Origin: Eledone cirrhosa
Taxonomy: Eukaryota
Assembly: GCA_964016885.1 (NCBI GenBank)
Contig: OZ024744.1
Location: 96,968,001-97,032,000 of the forward strand
Length of the DNA: 64,000 nucleotides
Direction of reading: 5' to 3'
The notes beneath the pieces were generated by a model that ran no database searches, was not told the DNA's origin, and was given only the letters and a program-made list of their open reading frames with translations. Position numbers and translations under genes: made by a program. Below, in pieces: positions 56,506-64,000 of the stretch; within the stretch, counting starts at the first letter, position 1, and every line of letters begins with the position of its first letter.

Positions 56506-56745
56506 TCTCAGTTCAATTTGAATGGAAAATTCATGTTTCGTCGATTTTATCCATAACCATGGAAGTTTGTACCCTAAAAGTCGACCCAACGCCTCATCGG
56601 GTCATTCTGTATAACTGTGTAAATTTTCGCTGCATTCCACCAAGCCGTTTCGACGTTTATCCGACTACACCTACTTACTTAAATATACAACGTCCGACCA
56701 CTTCCAATTTATATAGTAGATATATATACATATATATATACACAC

Positions 56746-56782
<37 letters not shown>

Positions 56783-56802
56783 CATATATATAAATATTCA
56801 CA

Positions 56803-56931
<129 letters not shown>

Positions 56932-57012
56932 ATATTTATATATATATATATATACATATTTATACATATATATATACACATACATATATATTTATATATA
57001 TTTTTTTTTTTT

Positions 57013-57976
57013 ATAAAGAAATTTTAGCCTGATAGTGGGGTTTAGAATCCTCAGAGAAATGGAAAAAGATGAGTATTGGCGTACATGGGAGTCGAACCCA
57101 CATCTTTGGTTATCCAGACCACTGTGCTACCATTACACCAACACATCACTCATCTCCTTCCATTCAAATTAGAAGCTACATTCTTAGCAAGTATGATGAC
57201 AAGTAAGTATGTTTTGAAACAGTGAGCAAGTTTGAAATTAGAAAATAGAAGCTTTCACCCTATTTTTTTTTTTACTAAAGATTTTTTAGCCTGATAGTGG
57301 GGTTTAGAACCCTCAGAGAAATGGAAAAAGGTGAGTATTGACGTACATGGCAGTCCAACCTACATCTTTGGTTATCCAGACCACTGTGCTACCATTACAC
57401 CAACACATCACCCATCTCCTTCCATTCAAATTAGAAGCTACATTCTTAGCAAATATGATGACAAGTAAGTATGTTTTGAAACAGTGAGCAAGTTTGAAAT
57501 TAGAAAATAGAAGCTTTCACCGTATTTTTTTTTTTTTTCGACTAAAGAAATTTTAGCCTGATAAGTAAGTATGTTTTGAAACATTTCATTTCTCTGAGGG
57601 TTCTAAACCCCACTATCAGGCTAAAATTTCTTTAGTAAAAAAAAAAAATACGGTGAAAAGCTTCTATTTTCTAATTTCAAACTTGCTCACTGGTTCAAAA
57701 CATACTTACTTGTCATCATACTTGCTAAGAATGTAGATTCTAATTTGAATGGAAGGAGATGGATGATGTGTTGGTGTCATGGTAGCACAATGGTCTGGAT
57801 AACCAAAGATGTGGTTTCGACTCCTATGTACGTCAATACTCATCATTTTCCATTTCTCTGAGGGTTCTAAACCCCACTATCAAGCTAAAATTTCTTTAGT
57901 AAAAAAAAAAGAAAATACGGTGAAAGCTTCTATTTTCTAATTTCAAACTTGCTCACTGTTTCAAAACATACTTACT

Positions 57977-57978
<2 letters not shown>
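57013..57978. repeat. ~262-bp unit in tandem, then inverted, each full unit carrying a tRNA-like cloverleaf
   Basis: Units start at 57013, 57276 and 57543 (truncated). Inverted copies occupy 57585-57978. Confidence 0.9.
57077..57147 (-). tRNA. tRNA-like pseudogene/SINE head (Gln-like D arm, GGA in the anticodon position)
   Basis: The minus strand reads GATGTGT-TG-GTGT(AATGGTA)GCAC-A-GTGGT(CTGGATA)ACCAA-AGAT-GTGGG(TTCGACT)CCCAT-GTACGCC-A. More decayed copies lie at 57339-57409 (-) and 57765-57835 (+). Confidence 0.6.
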
Positions 57979-58028
<50 letters not shown>

Positions 58029-58091
58029 TAGATAGATATATACATATATATATACATACATACATATACAGATAGATATATACATATATAT

Positions 58092-58124
<33 letters not shown>

Positions 58125-58165
58125 CATACATATATATACATATATATATATACATACATATATAT

Positions 58166-58232
<67 letters not shown>

Positions 58233-58261
58233 CATATATACATACATATATATATATATAC

Positions 58262-58347
<86 letters not shown>

Positions 58348-58382
58348 CATACATATATATATATATACATATATATATATAC

Positions 58383-58505
<123 letters not shown>

Positions 58506-58674
58506 AATATATATATATACAAAATTTAGTACAGCATCATCGAAGCTCTGGTTGCAGCCAAGCTAACGAATGCAATCTCGGAGTGCATCTAAGCACTCAA
58601 TAGGGTATATTACCCTAGAGTTATAACATTACATTTAGACAGCTTTGCAAATTGAAGACACCGACCGATAGACG

Positions 58675-58755
<81 letters not shown>

Positions 58756-59541
58756 CGGCGATGAATTAGTTTAGCGAGGTTTTTTATATGAAATCGTGTG
58801 TCGAAACAAATATTGTTATATTTGGGGAGGGTCATATATATATAAGCAGCTTTGTAAACTTGGTTCTTATATTTTACCTTTCGGGTCAAAGGTTTAATTT
58901 GCTGTACAAACAGTTACAAAGTGAAAGCTACAATCTTATATCTTGCAAAGAGATTTACTGTACTGATTACGTTTGAAGGCACCAGCTTTACAATGTTAAT
59001 ATATAATATATAATATTTATCATGGCGAGTTTCCGATTCTAAGTACAATCGAAAAAGGAGTCCATCTGGGGTAAATAAAATTGATATTCACATGAAATTA
59101 CAGAAGAATCTCATCTCATCGAGTTGTAGAGTGATGAAACAGCTCAGACTAGACGTATATACAACTATATCAAACATAACTAAATGAAAATCGTTTCTAA
59201 TGTATTGTAAAAAGATAAAGTTATATGTTATTGTTCTCGGAAACTTCTTATCTTGTTCAGTCTTTGAACCTGACTTTGGCCAAGCGAATTTTCCATTATG
59301 GAAAGCTCACAACCGCTTTGATATTTATTTTAACTTCAGATGACTTCTTTTTTGCACTAATAAAATGGAAAAACACACTAAAACTCTGTCGTTGTATCAG
59401 CCACAGTAAACACAATGAATAATGATTATACAGCGTTACTTTATGCGTGTGTGTATTATATATATGTGTATACAGACATGCATGAATATATACACACATA
59501 TATATATATATATTTATATATATATCACACACATATATATA

Positions 59542-59573
<32 letters not shown>

Positions 59574-59579
<6 letters not shown>

Positions 59580-59841
59580 AAGATATTATTAAATGGAAAC
59601 TATATTTCTAAAACCATATTTATTCAATTATATATATTTCAAGGGTACAGGAATCAGGTCTTAACGGTTCAAGTTCCGTTTGGAACTTGAACCGTTAAGG
59701 TCTGATTCCTGGGTATTTATGAAACAAACTTTCTATTTTATCTGATGAGCGCGTACCAAAGTTTTGGTATCCTTGAAATATATATAATAGAATAAATATG
59801 GTTTTATAAATATAGTTTCCATTTATTAATATCATTGATAT
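59574..59841 (+). mobile_element. Fold-back element with hammerhead (59734-59794) and internal hairpin
   Basis: TATTTTAT-CTGATGA-GCGCGTACCAAA(GT)TTTGGTATCCTT-GAAA-TATATA-TA-ATAGAATA. Outer inverted arms lie at 59574-59648 and 59767-59841, and a ~30-bp-arm hairpin at 59648-59711. Confidence 0.8.
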
Positions 59842-59910
59842 TAACCTCCATAAAACCAGTCGAGTTATAAATATATTTGTTTAATTACCAACAAATTAAA
59901 TATACCTTTG

Positions 59911-59953
<43 letters not shown>

Positions 59954-60062
59954 TATATTATATATATATATATATATTATATATATATATATATTATATA
60001 TATATATATATTATATATATATATATATATATTATATATTATATAAATATATATATATATAT

Positions 60063-60094
<32 letters not shown>

Positions 60095-60236
60095 ATATAT
60101 ATTATATATATATATATTATATATATATATATATATTATATATATATATATTATATATATATATATATATTATATATATATATATATTATATATATATAT
60201 ATATATTATATTATATATATATATATATTATATATA

Positions 60237-60279
<43 letters not shown>

Positions 60280-60305
60280 ATATAATATATATATATATAA
60301 TATAT

Positions 60306-60347
<42 letters not shown>

Positions 60348-60381
60348 ATATATATATAATATATATATATATAATATATAT

Positions 60382-60504
<123 letters not shown>

Positions 60505-60586
60505 TATATCATTGTAAATGATCGCCTGAGATTTGAACTCATTATTATTGATTTATATATATATGTATATATATATATATATATAT

Positions 60587-60718
60587 AACGAAGGAAATGT
60601 GGTAAGGAACCAGGTGGACCATAACGCAACAAAGTACTCAATACTTGAGGAGTAGAGTGGGTAATAGAATTAGCTGTCGAAACGGCTTGAGCTCAGCTGT
60701 CGGGGTCTTACTGGTTCC

Positions 60719-60720
<2 letters not shown>
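60587..60720. mobile_element. Family-B element (rearranged)
   Basis: The inverted tail is joined to GAATTAGCTGTC-GAAA-CGGCTTGAGCTCAGCTG-TC-GGGGTC. Confidence 0.7.
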
Positions 60721-60752
<32 letters not shown>

Positions 60753-60764
60753 ATTATATATAAA

Positions 60765-60879
<115 letters not shown>

Positions 60880-61042
60880 CATGTATATATAAGCATGCAT
60901 GTGTGTAAACATACATACCTACATACATACAACATATACATACATATATTATATATATGTATATATATATTCATAAATATATATGTGTGTATATGCATAC
61001 ATACATACATACATACATACATACACACATGTATGTATATAT

Positions 61043-62836
61043 AGCTAAGTATTCTATAAGTCTCTAGCTGTGTCATTCTCGATAAAAGCACTGGATATGT
61101 AGTCCTGATGATTTCTAACAAGAATGAAACGCGTAGATTACTTCCCTTGCTTTTATCGAGAATCTAATTGTAATACGTGACGTATTCTATTCTATAGCGA
61201 TTAGGTCTTCAAAATGTTTATTATAAACATACAGAATATTTTCGAATATTCTATGTCTATATTCACATATATATCGCTATTTCAGAGCATTTATTCCAAT
61301 TTCTAATTTCTGCCGGACCGGCAACCGCTCTTTCAAACCAGTTCCTGTACACAGCTAAGTATTCTATAAGTCTCTAGCTGTGTCATTCTCGATAAAAGCA
61401 CTGGATATGTAGTCCTGATGATTTCTAACAAGAATGAAACGCGTAGATTACTTCCCTTGCTTTTACCGAGAATCTAATTGTAATACGTGACGTATTCTAT
61501 TCTATAGCGATTAGGTCTTCTAAATGTTTATTATAAACATACAGAATATTTTCGAATATTCTATGTCTATATTCACATATATATCGCTATTTCAGAGCAT
61601 TTATTCCAATTTCTAATTTCTGCCGGACCGGCAACCGCTCTTTCAAACCAGTTCCTGTACACAGCTAAGTATTCTATAAGTCTCTAGCTGTGTCATTCTC
61701 GATAAAAGCACTGGATATGTAGTCCTGATGATTTCTAACAAGAATGAAACGCGTAGATTACTTCCCTTGCTTTTATCGAGAATCTAATTGTAATACGTGA
61801 CGTATTCTATTCTATAGCGATTAGGTCTTCAAAATGTTTATTATAAACATACAGAATATTTTCGAATATTCTATGTCTATATTCACATATATATCGCTAT
61901 TTCAGAGCATTTATTCCAATTTCTAATTTCTGCCGGACCGGCAACCGCTCTTTCAAACCAGTTCCTGTACACAGCTAAGTATTCTATAAGTCTCTAGCTG
62001 TGTCATTCTCGATAAAAGCACTGGATATGTAGTCCTGATGATTTCTAACAAGAATGAAACGCGTAGATTACTTCCCTTGCTTTTATCGAGAATCTAATTG
62101 TAATACGTGACGTATTCTATTCTATAGCGATTAGGTCTTCAAAATGTTTATTATAAACATACAGAATATTTTCGAATATTCTATGTCTATATTCACATAT
62201 ATATCGCTATTTCAGAGCATTTATTCCAATTTCTAATTTCTGCCGGACCGGCAACCGCTCTTTCAAACCAGTTCCTGTACACAGCTAAGTATTCTATAAG
62301 TCTCTAGCTGTGTCATTCTCGATAAAAGCACTGGATATGTAGTCCTGATGATTTCTAACAAGAATGAAACGCGTAGATTACTTCCCTTGCTTTTATCGAG
62401 AATCTAATTGTAATACGTGACGTATTCTATTCTATAGCGATTAGGTCTTCAAAATGTTTATTATAAACATACAGAATATTTTCGAATATTCTATGTCTAT
62501 ATTCACATATATATCGCTATTTCAGAGCATTTATTCCAATTTCTAATTTCTGCCGGACCGGCAACCGCTCTTTCAAACCAGTTCCTGTACACAGCTAAGT
62601 ATTCTATAAGTCTCTAGCTGTGTCATTCTCGATAAAAGCACTGGATATGTAGTCCTGATGATTTCTAACAAGAATGAAACGCGTAGATTACTTCCCTTGC
62701 TTTTATCGAGAATCTAATTGTAATACGTGACGTATTCTATTCTATAGCGATTAGGTCTTCAAAATGTTTATTATAAACATACAGAATATTTTCGAATATT
62801 CTATGTCTATATTCACATATATATATATATATCGCT
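61043..62836 (+). mobile_element. Tandem array of 310-bp hammerhead-containing units (non-LTR retrozyme candidate)
   Basis: Units start at 61043, 61353, 61663, 61973, 62283 and 62593. They are nearly identical and have no ORF in the track. Confidence 0.9.
61099..61141 (+). ncRNA. Minimal type I hammerhead (first of six; others at 61409, 61719, 62029, 62339, 62649)
   Basis: GTAGTC-CTGATGA-TTTCT(AACA)AGAAT-GAAA-CGCG-TA-GATTAC. The GUA triplet predicts cleavage after 61135. Confidence 0.9.
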
Positions 62837-63594
62837 TGCTGTCGCGCTATAAGGACCAAGAAGAGACAACATTAACATGCGTTTTTTGTAGACAAATCTT
62901 TATTCATAACTGATATCTTTTAGACGTTAGTTTTACTGGATGCTAGTCGTAAACGTCAGAATTATTAGACGCTAGAGGTGTTTCCTTTTTCTCCCGTTGC
63001 ATTATGGGAATCACTGACGCGGTTAACAATCGTAACCTATTTGCTGCCTGCTTGCATACTCTACACATAATGCAAATCTGGTATCTTCTGATCTCACCAC
63101 ACAATGTAGAATGGAGCATCTTGGGGGTACTGAGTCCTAGACTAGTGGTAAAAAAAGCTGCACGCTCTGACTTAGCGAAAAATATAGGATATTACAGGAC
63201 TTGCAATCTGCTACTAGATGTCTGACGAGTAAGACTGTGAGGGGCACAGAATATGCCCACATATGAATGCACATCTGCTTGTGGCCTGGGCTAACATTAT
63301 CACGAACGCTCAACCGACTTAGGCGCAACACCAGGATACTTATAGTTACATACAAACGCACATATATATATAATATGTCTCCGATAAAAACATCGACACA
63401 TGACTTTAGGATTAATAACCAATTTCACAGTAATATTACTCAAACACAAACAACTTAGGGAAATTCAGCCCAATATACGCATATGAGACTGCACACACTA
63501 GTAGATACCCTCATGATTAGTATTTGACACATCATGATATACCATATTAGAAATACTCTTTCCTCCTGAGTTCGGAATACATTTTACTTAATAG

Positions 63595-63690
63595 CTGACT
63601 TTGCCTTTCATCCTTACGGGGTCGATAAAATAAAGTACCAGTCACGTACTGGGGTAATTGCTGGCCTTGTGCCAAAGTTGAAACAATTAA
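63595..63690 (+). mobile_element. tRNA-derived SINE 3' half
   Basis: Dominant family body. Confidence 0.8.
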
Positions 63691-64000
63691 TAGCTGAATC
63701 ACAATAAGAAGAGTTATTCCTCTTGCATTAGGAAAACAAAAAGTTAATTAATTAAGTCACCGTATTACCTCCCTCCCCCCTCCTCCCCCGTCTCGCGTCT
63801 AACGAGACTTCACGTTAATAACGTCGGCCATCTTTGTTTACAGTTGCCTGAAAGAAAGCATCGCATACATCTGCCAATCACACAATCTAGCATACAGGCA
63901 GCATTTGAAACGGAAGATAGCAACTTTTATGTGTTGAAGTCATTAATCATAATTAATATATTTATGTATACATGGTGGGACAGAATGTTACCGCCGTCTT

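Noticed and set aside
59255-59365. Possible terminal exon (FEPDFGQANFPLWKAHNRFDIYFNFR*) followed by AATAAA
   Set aside because: No recognisable protein family and no phase-compatible upstream exon found.

Overview
Repeat-saturated, AT- and microsatellite-rich animal DNA with no host gene I can support. The SINE and microsatellite content suggests a cephalopod such as Octopus, but that is inference. Mobile elements include an apparently intact Tx1/L1-clade LINE (ORF1 6905-8686, ORF2 8711-12148) in a (TC)n tract, a near full-length but disabled Penelope-like element (16731-20610, Naiad-like motifs, inverted 5' pLTR), a second decayed PLE, RTE and R4/Dong 3' fragments, many tRNA-derived SINE copies, and satellites. 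The main signal is RNA structure that the ORF track cannot show. By eye I find about 30 type I hammerhead ribozyme (HHR) motifs, intact or degenerate, from roughly ten sequence families. They include a near-perfect tandem array of 310-bp units with one minimal HHR each (61043-62836), which is a candidate circular-RNA-producing non-LTR retrozyme. Many short fold-back palindromes also have their apex at or inside a hammerhead. All folds and counts were derived by eye, and boundaries are approximate.
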